Source: Malacoraja senta (lineage: Eukaryota). Taken from it: DNA of 64,000 nt. The stretch spans positions 25,110,001-25,174,000 of the forward strand of contig CM075989.1 in the NCBI GenBank assembly GCA_038087875.1, in the 5' to 3' direction. This document shows, one piece after another, positions 1-13,300 of this stretch (its first letter is position 1; every line of letters starts with the position of its first letter). The notes under the pieces were generated by a model. That model had not been told where the DNA came from. It did not search any database and saw only the letters and a list, made by a program, of their open reading frames with translations. Position numbers and translations under genes: made by a program.

Positions 1-2167
1 GGATATGAACCCGTTTGACTCAAATGTAGACTCAAAGAACTAAATGTTTTTACTGATAAATTTCAGTGAGCATTGAGCCAGAAACCTTGTACTTTTTACC
101 AATGTATTAAGGACTTCTGCACTGTTTTGTATATTTTTTATTCTGAATAAAGTTTACTTTTTGAAATATAAATTAACAATGGCTTTTCCCCTTCACATTC
201 TCCAGATCATTAACACTGCATTACTTAGTGACATTTTATGATTTTGTTTCAGTCTTCTAACATGTTACATTACCATGAAGTGTTATATAGTATTCCTGAC
301 TGATTTGTTTCCTTGTTCTTTTGATGGTTTTAACAACTCAACAGGTGGCAGAGTTACCCAGTGAAGAGGATGGTCACTTTGAGATAACTTTTCAAAAAAA
401 TGAGTAATTCCTAAATGGTGCTATTCTTGATATTTGTAATAATGGAATCATGGTTTACATGGTCTGAAATGAACGCCTTACATTTTAAAGCTGATCATTT
501 TGCACTGATTACTGCAACATCTCTGCAATGTATTTGTAAACAAATTTCAAGTAATAATAAAGAAAATAATTTCAAGTATAAAAAAGAAAACTGCTTTTGT
601 CTCGACTTTCTGATGTAGCAATTATAAATTTATATAAATTGTGACCAATCGGGACTTAAATTTTTTTTTTTAAATCTTGCATGCCATTTGTAGGCAGCAA
701 ATCAGTTTCATCTAATTGCAAGTTTCCAAGTCAGAAACTTGTGGATTGGAGTCTTGTTCTATAAATTGGATATCTGCTTGAGGCAGATGCCTCAATGGTC
801 ATGTTTTACACTCAGGAGAGATGGTAAAGGTATGTCCCATCTGCATTCTCAGAAAAACACTGAAGATTTGGGCCCATGCAAACGGTTCATTAATTCATTG
901 GATGCTGCATTATCGATGTTATTTTGTTAGGAATTCCCTATTTTTAAAAACTTGCTTTGAATAATTTTTGTTAACGTTTCCTGGTGTGTTACACACTCAG
1001 TGATTATTGTTCATTTTTTGTTTCCATGAGAGTATTAGGTGGAGTGAAAGACAATTGAATGCCCTGAGCATCTCAGACAATGTATACATTCCCCTGGAGA
1101 TAGTTGGGATTTCTACAAGAATAGAAAAGTTGTTGAGAGTTCAACAAATTTCATGCTGCTAGTCCAAAAATCAATAGTTACCACTTAAAAATGGTGGCAT
1201 TTTAAACTTTGTGGATTAAAGATGGTAGTTTATAGTATTTTTATGTTGTACATGAATGAAACTTTGTGGGCAAATACTTTAAAAACAAACACAGTGAGTC
1301 CTGTATATTACTGGAGCTGTACACATTACAATAAATCACATGAAACAAATATCTTTAGTGTTAAAGGCTTTGGATAAATGATATCTCATACAGTAGAACA
1401 CAGAATTCCTTCAGTTTGAAGAAAGGTCCTGACCCGAAAGATTGCCGATCCCTGTCCTCCAGCGATGCTGCCTGACCCGCTGTGTTATACGAGACTGCAA
1501 AATTCCAGCATCTGCAGTTCCTTGTGTTACAACTAATAATGTTCAGAATAGAAATAACCAGTTTGATTTCTAATTGATGGTAAGTTAGCTGATATCAGTT
1601 AACTAAGCAATTGTGGTCACTCTTGTGCTCGGCATCAATGGGCTAGATAGAATGAAAATTGCCTCCTGAAGTTGTTTCTATGGATCACAATCCAGTGGCC
1701 CAGGGGAATTGCGCAGGTACAGAGAGTAATCCGGGAATTGATCGGGTGCAGTTATAATTAGATTGTGACAGCTGCTGCAAGTTATCCAGTGTTACAAGAA
1801 GATTGGGACATGGAGAATGCTGTACCTACTGGTAGCAGATCACCATCATACAACATGCATTCATGTAACACTTTATTACACCAGTTTACTACAGCAAATC
1901 AATTGCGTTGAAAGTTCAATCATTTACTATGAAATTTATCAGCTGATTTGCAAGTTGCAGGATTCCCACCAAATAAAATTAAGCGAGTATTATGGCTAGG
2001 ACTGCACCAAGAACACGGCTATTTCTTGTACAATGCCTTTTGATTTTTAACAGTTACATTTATATTTAACAAGATTATCCAGGACCTATACTGTAGAAAC
2101 CTATTTTTTATGCTTCACCAGTCAGTGCTAGTCTTTGTGCACCACTTAAACCATTCAGTAGTTATGA

Positions 2168-2640
2168 ATGCAGAGAAGGTTTACAAGGATATTGCCAGGA
2201 TTTGAAGGTCAGCTATATGGAGAGGTTGGGAAGGCTCGTACTTTATTGCTTGGAGTTCAGGAGGATGAGGGGTAATCTTATAGAGGTGTATAAGATCATG
2301 AGGATGATAAATTAGGTAAATGCACTGAGTCTTTTATCCAGAATAGGGGAATCAAGAACCAAGGGACATGGGTTTAAGATGCAAGGGAAAAGATTTAGTA
2401 GGAACCTGAGGGGCAACTTTTTTTATACAGAAGGTGGTAAATATATGGAACGAGCTGCCTGAGGTGGTCGTTGAGACAGGTAATCTTACAACATTTAAAG
2501 ACAATTTGACAGGTATGTGGATAGGAAATGTTTAGAGGGATATGGGCCAAATGCGGCAGGGGAGACTCGTGTAGGTGAAGCGTCTAGTCGCCCTAGACAA
2601 GTTGGGCTGAAGGACCTGTTTCCATGCCACATGACTATGA
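2168..2640 (+). mobile_element. Decayed CR1-clade LINE 3' fragment
   Basis: Same family as 14312-14857 (ggtaatcttatagaggtgtataagatcatgagg; gaacctgaggggcaactttttt). Confidence 0.8.
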
Positions 2641-3232
2641 CTAGCGCTTTTTAATCAGCAAAAATCCTGATTATGTTTTATTTTGAAATGGCAATCACTT
2701 GCATCTGATGGAAATGCCATAAGCAGTACAATGCTGTCGTGCTACTACATGGTAAATACCGCATGTGTGGACTGTAAACCTAGTTGCTATCCTGTAGCTT
2801 TGCTTTTGAAGTTCTGTTATTCAAGAGTGAAGAGCATGCATTTATGTAGGGTCTTTCATAACCTCAGTGGCCCAATATTTTGCAGCTGTTAAAGCCAATC
2901 TCTGGCTGTGTACACAATGTGATAATTGGCTGATCATTAAGGGGTCTGCCATTTAGCTTTGAGATGAAAATACATTTCTTCACAGGTGTTGAATCATTTA
3001 CAACAAAACAGATTTCAGGATATGAAACGATCAGGGGTTATGGAGATTTTCCTGCACTGTGGCTGAAGTTCACGAACTCAAGCTCAAAGAGTTCATCTTC
3101 ATCTGTTTTAGGTGTTGGTTGAGAGAGAAATGTTCTTCATGCATCCAGATGTTCCTCTTCAATTAGTCATGGATTTTTCTTGTGTCTAATAGAAAGGCCA
3201 GACAGGACTAAGTTCAACCTCGCAGTTGAGAA

Positions 3233-3360
3233 ACGGCACCTCCAACGGCAGCTGTATCTCAGTATTACAAGGAGATGTCAGCCTGGAGATTGAACTTGAA
3301 TCTGGTGTGGAAATTTAACATGCATGGTTCTGACACAAAGATGCGATTGTTACCTCTGTG
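3233..3360 (-). mobile_element. Decayed DeuSINE (SacSINE1/AmnSINE1-like) fragment
   Basis: acggcacctccaac...tcagtatt...gtcagcctggagattg...ttctgacacaaag resembles the Deu-domain and tRNA head as I recall them. Confidence 0.5.
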
Positions 3361-3445
3361 GTTCAACAGATGAAACATTCCTACCACATTCAGTGTCACA
3401 TGAACTTGTCACAGTATCAAGTTAACTCGACGCTTCAGATTAAAT

Positions 3446-3760
3446 AAGTCAAGTCACATTTATTTATATAGCACATTTAAAAACAACTCTCGTTGACCAA
3501 AGTGCTTTACATTTGTTATAAGAATAGTATACACAAGCAAACTACATACATATATACAAATAGCCCTCGCTCAGAGGACGTCAGGAAAGGCTTGGGAGAA
3601 CGGATACGTTTTTAGTCTAGACTTAAAGGAGTCGATGGCGGGGGCAGTTCTGATGGGAAGGGGGATGCTGTTCCACAGTCTAGGAGCTGCAACCGCAAAG
3701 GCACGGTCGCCCCTGAGCTTATGCCTAGACCGCGGGACATTCAGCAACCCCAAGTTGCTG
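3446..3760 (-). mobile_element. L2-clade LINE 3' end
   Basis: LLNVPRSRHKLRGDRAFAVAAPRLWNSIP..IR....FKSRLKTY.F..AF*; 3' UTR with gtaaagcactttgg...tgtgctatataaataaa and a (GACTT)n tail. Confidence 0.8.
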
Positions 3761-4013
3761 ACTGATGTGTTTGTCACAGGCAGTGAAATAAGCTCAAACC
3801 ATTCCCTGAACAAGTAAAATCAGCTAAAGATTACCTGCAGAGGGCAAAGGCCACTAGACCAAGATATTCAGAGAACGTTTCTTTCATCTCTTGGAATCGC
3901 CTCAGACCTCTGAAAGTTTTGATATTATAGTTTTACAACACATACAATTAATTAACTTTGTATATTAAAATTGGTTAAGTACTCTCCTTTAAATTGTTTT
4001 TAATCTTTTTCAG

Positions 4014-4619
4014 CTGACCCCACTGTTAAAGATCTAATTGGAGGCTTCACTGCTCTGCATTATGCAGCCATGCATGGTCGAGCAAGGATAGCACGCTTGA
4101 TGTTGGAATCGGAACACAGACCTGATATAATTAATGCTAAAAGCAATGACGGGTGGACCCCTCTCCATGTGGCTGCCCATTATGGCAGAGACTCGTTCGT
4201 CAAACTTTTGCTGGAGTTTAAAGCTGAAGTTGACCCTCTCAGCGACAAAGGCACTACCCCACTTCAGCTGGCCATTATCAGAGAACGTTCAAGCTGTGTC
4301 AAGATTCTTTTGGACCACAATGCCAACATTGATATTCAGAATGGTTTCCTCTTGCGATATGCGGTGATCAAAAGCAACCACTCTTACTGTCGAATGTTCC
4401 TTCAAAGAGGGGCTGACACAAATCTTGGGCGGTTGGAGGACGGACAAACCCCGTTACATTTATCTGCGCTGAAAGATGATGTGCTTTGTGCAAGGATGTT
4501 ACATAACTATGGTGCAGATTGTAATACCAGGAACTATGAGGGACAGACCCCTCTAGCTGTCTCTGTAAGTCTATCTGGAACTAGCAGACCCTGCCTGGAT
4601 TTCTTGCAGGAAGTTACAA
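4014..4619 (+). CDS. ASB7: Ankyrin repeat and SOCS box protein 7, penultimate coding exon (ankyrin repeats); earlier exon(s) lie upstream of the window
   Basis: Acceptor tttttcAG at 4012-4013, donor A|GTAAGT at 4620; 606-nt phase 1-1 exon. It encodes (A)DPTVKDLIGGFTALHYAAMHGRARIARLMLESEHRPDIINAKSNDGWTPLHVAAHYG...RPCLDFLQEVT, nearly identical to human ASB7 as I recall it. Confidence 0.97.
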
Positions 4620-5035
4620 GTAAGTCATTTTTATTTAAAATGTTTTCGGTTTGAAAATCAAATCTTCGGAAGCAGGCTTCCAGCAATTGCTTTAAGTGCA
4701 CTTTTCAGCATGGAATCAAACCAATTTTAGGAAAAACAATTTGTCTTTTCAAAATCCTGATTGGAAGTTCACTATAAAAGTTTAAACAAAGCATCTTTTC
4801 AAATAATGGTATAAAGTATAATGAAAAGAAAGATCTTGTAAATGTAAAATGCTTTTTTTATTCTCAGGGCATGTAAGGTTCTTCATACTTGATGAATTAT
4901 TTTTGAGTTGCAGCGGATGATTAGTTAATCTTATTGTAAAGGATGATTATTAGCTGACTGGAGAGTAATTTCATTTTCTGACTATTTCACATCCCAGAGT
5001 GTAGAAGATCCCATAGGTCAGCATCGTCCAGGAAG

Positions 5036-5130
5036 GTAGACACAAAATGCTGGAGTTACTCAGCGGGACAGGCAGCATCTCTGGAGAGAAGAAATGGGTG
5101 ACGTTTCGGGTCGAGACCCTTCTTCAGACT
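5036..5130 (-). mobile_element. Short Penelope-pLTR-derived insertion with intact minimal hammerhead core and 9-bp target-site duplication
   Basis: Minus strand reads GU-CUGAAGA-A-GGGUC-UC-GACCC-GAAACGUC-ACC (5097-5129). Flanked by TCCAGGAAG at 5027-5035 and 5131-5139. Confidence 0.8.
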
Positions 5131-5945
5131 TCCAGGAAGTCCACGTAGTTGGAAGTGAGGATTTTCCTTCTCCCACCTTCACGTGTATACTTGCGTGGAT
5201 CGAAACGGCTCACTGGTTACACCACTTCACTACTTGCTTGAAACCTCCCTTTGAGGTTATACTTTACACAACTTGCCTGCTGAAACAGCTGTGATTGTTA
5301 TAGCTCCTGTTGCCAGATCTCATTGTTTGAACCCGAATCCTGCAGTAAATTCTTTAATTGTTTGCAGCCCTCATTTCTGCTCCTCGGTCTGCCCGTGTCG
5401 TAGAATTTCTCCTTGATATTCTCAATCCTTTCGTCCCTTAGCCCCACCTAAAGCAACTTTTCCCAATGACCTCACCTTCTATCTCAAGCCGTCTTGTATA
5501 TTATAATTTCATTGGCCTCCCCCATTATGAACATCCCTACCTTCATGGTCAATACCTGGCTATGAATCTATGTAATGTTTAATCACTTTAATTAAATTTA
5601 TTTACCTCTGAATTCCAATCTTATGCAGCCCGAGTCCTACAATTACATTACATCCATGCTGCTGTTTAAAACTCTCTGCTGAACACGGCCATGATCTGAG
5701 ACACTGTGCAACACATTCCTCACCTGTGCATTACACTTGAGATAAATCGTACATTAATCGGCATCTATGATTGCTGGTTCAGGTCATTTAACTGTTACTG
5801 AACCCTTGACTGTTCCTCAATAACGTTTCTTTTTGGAATTGTGATCTTTCATTTCTTCACATTGAATTCAACCTACAGTCAAAGTGCATCATTTGTCCTC
5901 TGCCAACCCCTTCATAAATAACTCTTCACCCACATCACAGGATTA

Positions 5946-6220
5946 CAGTAGAACACCGATAATCCACTCAAACTCTGATTTGTGCAGGAAATCCTGATGG
6001 TTTATCACCTGTCTCACTCATTAGTCTGTAGTGTGAGCTGGTGGTCGGTCCACAGTTGGTGTGTTTCATGTAGTTCGTTCGCAGTTATTACACTGTACTG
6101 CATGCAAAAGCAGTGAAATAAAAATATGTTTGCAGTTGATAGGAGTAACATCCATTAGTCTGGGAAACCTGCTAATACTGTTCATCTTGCCCAAATCCCA
6201 AGATAATTGGAGTTTTACTG
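5946..6220. mobile_element. Tigger/pogo-like MITE
   Basis: TA|CAGTAGAACACCGATAATC ... GATAATTGGAGTTTTACTG|TA imperfect terminal inverted repeats with TA duplication; a second partial right end lies at 6329-6402. Confidence 0.55.
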
Positions 6221-7754
6221 TATTTGGAAATAGAGATGATTTGGCATCGAGCTCACTTTATTTGACTGCGATGTAACATCTTAAACAAAAAAGTGAATAA
6301 ATAGTATATTGCGTATTAATTATATTAATATCCATCAGTCTGGAAAATCTGCCAATCTAGCAATCCCAACGTCCCATGTGCCAGGTGATTGGTGGTTTAC
6401 CATATGTCTAATACACTGTGCTTTCACTTTGTGTGACATTGTTTGCTGTATGTTATTATGTTCTTCTATCCAATGTATCAACGAAAGGTCTCAAAACATT
6501 CCGATACATTCTATTCTTCATGAGTATACACAGACTATATTTTGTTGACGTCATCCCAGATCATTTCCTTGGACCTGATTGCAAATTTATAGTTATCAGT
6601 GCTGAGGTAAATAACTCCAAGTTAAATAACTCTTTTTTTTAATCCACAGGCACAGTTTCTGAAACTGGAAAACGAATTAATCGTTTAATATGTTATATTC
6701 CCCATTACAGAAACAGTATGACAGGAGATTCTGTGACTGTTTGGCCCCGTGAGCCGTTTCCACCACTCGTTGTCTTTCTTGGAACCCCCGCTCCCTCAGC
6801 CCTTACACTGTGCACTCACTCCCCTCATTCTGACAAACTACATGCTCATTCTCTCTTGACATCTGGTGCTTTATAAGTAAGTTGTAATAATACTCAGTCT
6901 GACAGTTCTCAATTTTAAGCACTGAAACATAGTTGGATTAATAGTAATGGTAGATTTCCTTGTGTTGGACTGGAATTCTAGCAGGTGGGAGGTTCATATC
7001 AGCAGAATGTCAGATTTATTTTCACTGGGGAAGTTAAAGAAATTGGGTCTCTAAAGTTGCTGGTTGAGGAGCACAACTGTGAGGAGCATAACATAAAACT
7101 GCCTTGCTAGAAGCTAAAGGGAGCATCCTGATCCATTCAGGGTAACACCACCCATCTACGTACAGGATCCAACATGGAGGAGACTTTGTAAGATTTGTTT
7201 TAAGTATGATTTACATATCATAGTTCCAGCATTCAGTTTTTTTTCATTCTAGGTAATTATCCGTCCACACCTCAACTGCGCTTTATTTCATAAGTCAATA
7301 ATGTCTCAACCAACATCTTCACATTGATTTATTACAGGTAGTTCTACTATACGATAGCTGCATTCCTCAAACCCTTATGTTATATATAAATCGTGTTATT
7401 CAAACAGTTGTGGCAATGGGGAAAAGGTGATTAGGGACTAGAATGTTTCAGACTCACAATGACCGAGTTATCTTTCCTGCAGGATTTTAAATAATAAAGG
7501 TGTTTTTTAGTTATAAATGTACTGTCTACTTAAAATCAAGACACACTGCATAAAATAAAAAAACATGGAATAAATGAGTGAAATGAATAAATTTATTTTA
7601 GAGTTAAGGCAGTGTTATGGTGAGTAGGTTGGGGGTCATCAATATCGCATGAAAGATGAGCTCTTGGCACTCGAGATGTCATGATGGAATATGTCACCAA
7701 GTCTAGAAAATCATCAGTGTCAACAAACTAAATGCAGTTTAAATTACAGTTTAC

Positions 7755-8545
7755 AGGCTCATTTATTGTCAGAATCACCAGGCTAAAATGAAATACTTGT
7801 TCACATGAACTCAGAGTAAACAATATAGATGCAGTAATGGTAAATGCAATAAAACAAGTATAAAACTGTAGGACAAGATTCTAGTGGAAATAAAATAAAT
7901 AGTGCAAAAGAATACCAAAGTACAATAATGAATAACCATTGGGTTGAGTTAAGAGTATATGGCAACACCTTTGTGAATGGGCTGTACAACAAATGATTGG
8001 TACAGGAGACAGAAAAGAGTTGGGAAAAAGCTGTTCTTTAGTCTGGGCATCTGAGCTTTCAAGTTCCTTGACCTCTTAGAAGGTAGAAGAGAAAGGGGAT
8101 AGACACAAAATGCTGGAGTAACTCAACGAGACAGGCAGCATCTCTGGAGAGAAGGAATGGCCGATGTTTCGAGTCGAGACCCTTCTTCAGATTGTGTCTG
8201 TCTTCGGTTTAAACCAGCATCTGCAGTTTCTCCACAGGAGAAAGGGGAATTGCTAAGGTAGCAGGCAACCTTGACGGTACCGATGCAGTGTGTGTGAAGC
8301 TGGAATGGATTGAAGGGTAAGACAAGCCTGTGATGGACTGGACTGTCTTCACACTCTGCAGGTTAAAGCGGTCAAGACCAGAGCATTTGCCAAACCAGGC
8401 TGAGATGCATCCTGTCAGAATACCTTCTGTTGCATGGAAGTTCAGGGAAATCCTTGTGGGTATGCTGAATCTTCTCTGATGCCTAAGAATGTAAATACGC
8501 TGATGTACCTGCTTGAGCGCCGCATGAGTGTGAAGGGGTCAGGTT
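7755..8545 (-). mobile_element. Decayed Rex1/Babar-type LINE 3' part (hosts the 8100-8237 insertion)
   Basis: gcatttgccaaaccaggctgagatgcatcctgtcagaat (minus strand ILTGCISAWFG) and the aagctgttcttt motif. Confidence 0.6.
8100..8237. mobile_element. pLTR-derived insertion with internal inversion and 11-bp target-site duplication
   Basis: 8100-8191 is the hammerhead unit on the minus strand, 8192-8237 is the continuing tail on the plus strand. GAGAAAGGGGA flanks it at 8089-8099 and 8238-8248. Confidence 0.75.
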
Positions 8546-10253
8546 GTTGCTGCTAATGCCTTTATACTTGCAGCTGTCAGCCATCTCCACAGCAGCTCCA
8601 TTCAACAGGACAGGGTTGCGTTTTTTTTTAAGGTTTCAAGATCAAAGTGGGGAATGTACAAAATTGAAATTATTTCTTCCAGAAAATAAAAGACAATTGT
8701 TAGCCTTTTTAGCTTTTCCAGAGGGCACAATATTGTTTTGATAAAACCTTTGAGAAGTGGAACAAAAGAACAGATTTTAAAAGTCAAATCTCTGTTATGA
8801 GTTTTTATAGCATTATTGTTGAGGTCCATTGCCTGGAGAATTGGTATCCATAGACTATCGATTTAATGTAACCGGCTAAATATTCAGGGAAAGAGAATAC
8901 TTTTTATTTGGTAAGGAACTATGATCTGGATTTTACTGGAACACGACAGGTAAATCTTTTCAGAAGGTTAAGGATATAAAGGGCTATGTGGATAAAGGCA
9001 CTTCTAAATTGTAGGGCAGTTTTCAGAAAAGTTGTTTAAAGTGATCTATGGAAATTAGATATTGAACCATGTTCAGTATTATTCTGTCACGTTGAATTAA
9101 ACAAAATGAACATGTCCAAATGCTTTTGTTAGAGATTCCCGGGAATCTGGACCACATTTCAGCAGAATGTTGGTGTCTCATTCCTGGCTGATATTGTTTT
9201 TTGAATTATCCACCATAGACTGAGTGTTTGACATCATTGAACTTGCAGAAGGAGCTGGAGCACGATTGAGTTTATGACAATGTTTTATTGTCACACTAGT
9301 GACAGGCGTGTGTCTTTATGTTCACTTTGGACAACTTCAGGTTGATGCACTGTCCATGTCTTGGTTACAATATACAAGATTTCCAAACCTGCTCATTGGT
9401 CTTGCATTCTTTTCAAAGCAAAGGACTATTAGCATACCAGAACAGATTACTTGACCACAAACCTTTTGAAACTAGCTTCTACTTGTGCATTTTCCTGACA
9501 ATGTAGCATTGTGTACTGCTACTCTTTATGTGGTTATTGAACCACTTACGGTTCTGATTGTCTACCATTTGGACTTTGTACATATGTAAATTAGCGTCAC
9601 CCCCTGCAATAGCTGTAAACCGTCTTCTTTCAAACACATCCTACATCCACTAATTTTCTACTGAGGAATCTGCTTCAATATGGTTGTAATCAACCTGGTA
9701 AAATATAACTCATTAACAGAAGTTTTAATAAGGTAGACGTATCACAGAATCAATCAGGGGTAAGTAACATCACTGTTTTGAAGACATTTTATTACCTATT
9801 TTTACAGAATTAATTAACTTGTGCCACCCTTTCCAATATGGAGTTAAAATAATTAAGAGAACAAGTTGACTTCTAATAGAATGGAAAATGGAGCTTTTAA
9901 AATCTGCAGGCAAAATAAATTTAATTTAATTTAATCCCAAGGCTGTGTCTAATTGTTTTGATCCAGGACTTGGCTGTTAATGTAATGGTTTGAGATGATT
10001 AAATATCTACTGAGTGAATTCTTAATCCTGACCAACGTGACACGACCATCAAGCTTCAAGGCTTCCTCAGCATCACGCCAGCAACAAGAACATTCTTGAC
10101 AGCAAATAATTTATCTTAATTTTTTTTTCAGAAAGCCCTTATTAGCTGAAGTTTGCTTGACTTGTGTCTATTGTACGCCTAGCAGTACTTGATATAAATC
10201 TAATGTTATAGTCATGAAACATTAATGCTTCTTATATTTTCTTCCTCCTTTAG

Positions 10254-10393
10254 GACAGCCTAGAAATTTACAGGATCTGTGCCGAATTAAAATCCGACAA
10301 TGTATAGGCTTGCAGAATTTGAAAGGACTGGAGGCACTCCCTCTTGCAAAAGTCATGAAAGACTATTTGAAGCACAAGTTTGATGACATCTGA
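10254..10393 (+). CDS. ASB7: ASB7 last coding exon (SOCS box) with TGA stop
   Basis: Polypyrimidine tract plus tAG at 10252-10253. In phase with the previous exon it reads RQPRNLQDLCRIKIRQCIGLQNLKGLEALPLAKVMKDYLKHKFDDI*, with a BC-box (xLQDLCR) and an LP cullin-box. Too short to appear in the ORF track. Confidence 0.97.
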
Positions 10394-13300
10394 ATGTAAA
10401 AAGTTGAAGTCTTGAGAGATTGTAGTAGGCATGGCCTTGCCCCAAGTACATTCTATGCAATTCCCAATTTGATTACATTTAAAGTCAATGCGGGCGTCCG
10501 TACCTCTCTCAACTTGTCATAATAGATCCACTCCAGGAGAACCTCTGATCACTTCTAAACAAAAGTTCTAAACTAACATATTTAACTGTTTAAGTTGGCT
10601 ATGTTCATTATTTCCTCCCTCACAATTTAACCTTTTCAACAAATGCTTATTATTTTAATGCTGAGATGATAGAATTTACTCAACTGGAACAGGTGACATT
10701 TGAATGATAATGAAATTAAAAAAATAACTTTTGCTAAATTTTTGGTGCACCTGCAAGTTTCTATCAAGATTGATCTAAATCAAATTTGAGATTTACAGCA
10801 GAGGTGGAATAAAGGTTATTCAGCATCTGCATAAAAAATGTACACGACATTTGTTGAGAAAAAGGGAAAATTGAGAGGGAAATCAACAAACTTGAAATAG
10901 TGCATTGAATGATGCATCAGATCATTTCTCATTCAAAAAAAACTTGAAAGCTGCATCAATAACTGAGGCAGTTGGGAAGCTAAGGAAAATGTTATGAAAG
11001 GTATCACGACCAAGATAATCTGCTTCATCATCCAACCACATTATTCTCTTTGCCCTTCCCTTCTATCCTCAACCCTACCTTTAGTATTAACATGTTTTAT
11101 TCCATTAATTTGTTTTCTGTTCTTTAAAAATGGAGCTCAAATTGTTGCAGTGTGCTTTCTACAGATGCACACTGCCATGGTATGTCTTCTGTTACTATAA
11201 CAGATTCTTGTTTTTACATAAGCAAAAAAATTAAAGGTGCCATTGCAATTTGAAGTTTTATTGCAATACTTTCCATACCTTTTTTCTTTTAGACTGATCC
11301 CAAAACTGCTTATGTTCTTCACTTCTCTGTTATAAAGTGTGTGCTTTAGCATTACTGGTCACGTGCTGGAATACGGTAGAATATTGGGGGATGACACGTG
11401 AGTGTATCATAATGAGATTCTCATATAATAAATATGTCTTCACTCAGTGTTGTTCTGTCCTTAGTGCCCTCTCATCAGTTTGTGCTGTTATCTAGTCTAC
11501 CAGTATCTTTACCCTCAAGTCATTATGCACTGGAATTGGCTCCTCCACTTATGTCCATGACAGGGACTCATTAACTTGACCTACATTGTAGAGTCGCCTT
11601 TTCCATCATTTTTCATATTTAATTTTACTCTGATATGATGTAGGCATCCAGTTCATTCTTTTAGTTTCCCAAGCATATGGCCACCTGGAGTTGTTTCAGC
11701 ACTAAAGACAGAGGTGTCAGTGGATAGTATCACCTGTGTGTCTGCCCAGTCATATTTGTACCTACAAGGGATGTTTCATAAAAATAAATCCTTAAATCTT
11801 ACAACTTTTTAATGCATGTTGTCCAGTCTAAAATTAGATGTTACCATATTTTTCACTCGAGTCAAATTCTCAGCAGAACAAGTGTGAGTGTTTCTCATTT
11901 AAAATTCTGAACAGAGCCTTGGATTTCTAACTAAATTAAATTATAAACTGTTGTAAAGAATTATAATTTAATATTTGATTGCTTTTAAATGAAACACTTT
12001 TAAATGTACACCCTGCTTCTAGTTTGTCTTGTCGTTTTTATAGAGGGGAATAATGTTCTTCATGTTAACATGAATCAAAACCAGTAGCAGTAAGTTGGGA
12101 TGTCCCTGGGTAGCAGGGAATGGCTCAGATTGGTGTCTCGGATGTTCAGCACTTCAATGGTAAATGGTTGGGAACAAGCCATACGAGACGATTGATGACC
12201 CTGATCTATTCTTTGCCCTATTTCTCCTTTGCCTCTACACACACTAATGAGCAGGAACATTGGGGCTTGTAAACACAGAGAAAATAAGACCAAGGTTTTC
12301 TCCCTGCCTGCCAGACTAAAATTAAGCTTCAAGTGAACAGAATTATGGAAAATCCTAATTGGTTCTGCCAGAATATTGAAAACAATGATGCTAGTACAAC
12401 AGCTGGCACTGAGCAAATGGCCCTGTTTGTTGTTGACTTGTTGCGTTGTTCCCATCTATAGGAAAGTTGTTCACTTGTGAAGTAAGGAGTTTAACCTGGT
12501 GAGAGAACTGGACTGTTTCTCAGCAAAGGTCTTAGGAACAGAAGTCACTGATGCACCACTTCCCTCCTTTATCTTTCCTCAATGTACCCCCAGCCTGAGT
12601 AAAGTAAATGTACAATAAGCAGTGGGATCCACTCAGTTTCCACACTTGGTAAAATCGCTAGGAATCAAAAGTAAAGGTAAGAATATGCTTTAGCCACCGA
12701 GACACGAGAGATTCATTCTACTTTTTGTTTGCAGGTTTTGTGGTTTAGGTCTGTATTTTATAGCAGGTGGGGGTGTTAATTCAACTAGGAGTGTTCAAAG
12801 TTACTACCATCAGTATGCTCCCTTTCTGACTTGGGTGGAAACAGGACTGGAGGTAGTGGCTGCATGTTTGCATGTCCCATACCATAACATTCTTATTTAC
12901 AAATGTAAATAAGTTTCAAAGACCCATGCTTGTTTTCACATCAGTGGCAATGTAACGTGTTCCACTAAAGAAGTTAGTGACTGATTGATTCAGTTGAGTA
13001 TGATACTGAATTATGCCTTTGCAAAACGCAAGAAGTAAAACTATAATTAAGTGTCTACATGTTGGAACACTGGCACTGATGTTGTACGAAACACTGGTGT
13101 TTACTTTGCAAATATGAAATGCCTTATACAGTGCATCTAACACTGGTCTAACACTGGAGTGCTCTCACTGCAATGACATATCAAACTAAAGAAATAACGA
13201 GGAGAATGAGTCGGAGCCTCAGCATTCTAGAAATCATCATTTTTAATTTTCTCACCTTAAAGAAATAAATTTATAATAATTGAAGCTTGAGCTGTTTCTG

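Noticed and set aside
1-175. 3' tail of an L1/Tx1-like LINE
   Set aside because: Only an AATAAA plus an A/T-rich end is visible at the window edge; not enough to call.
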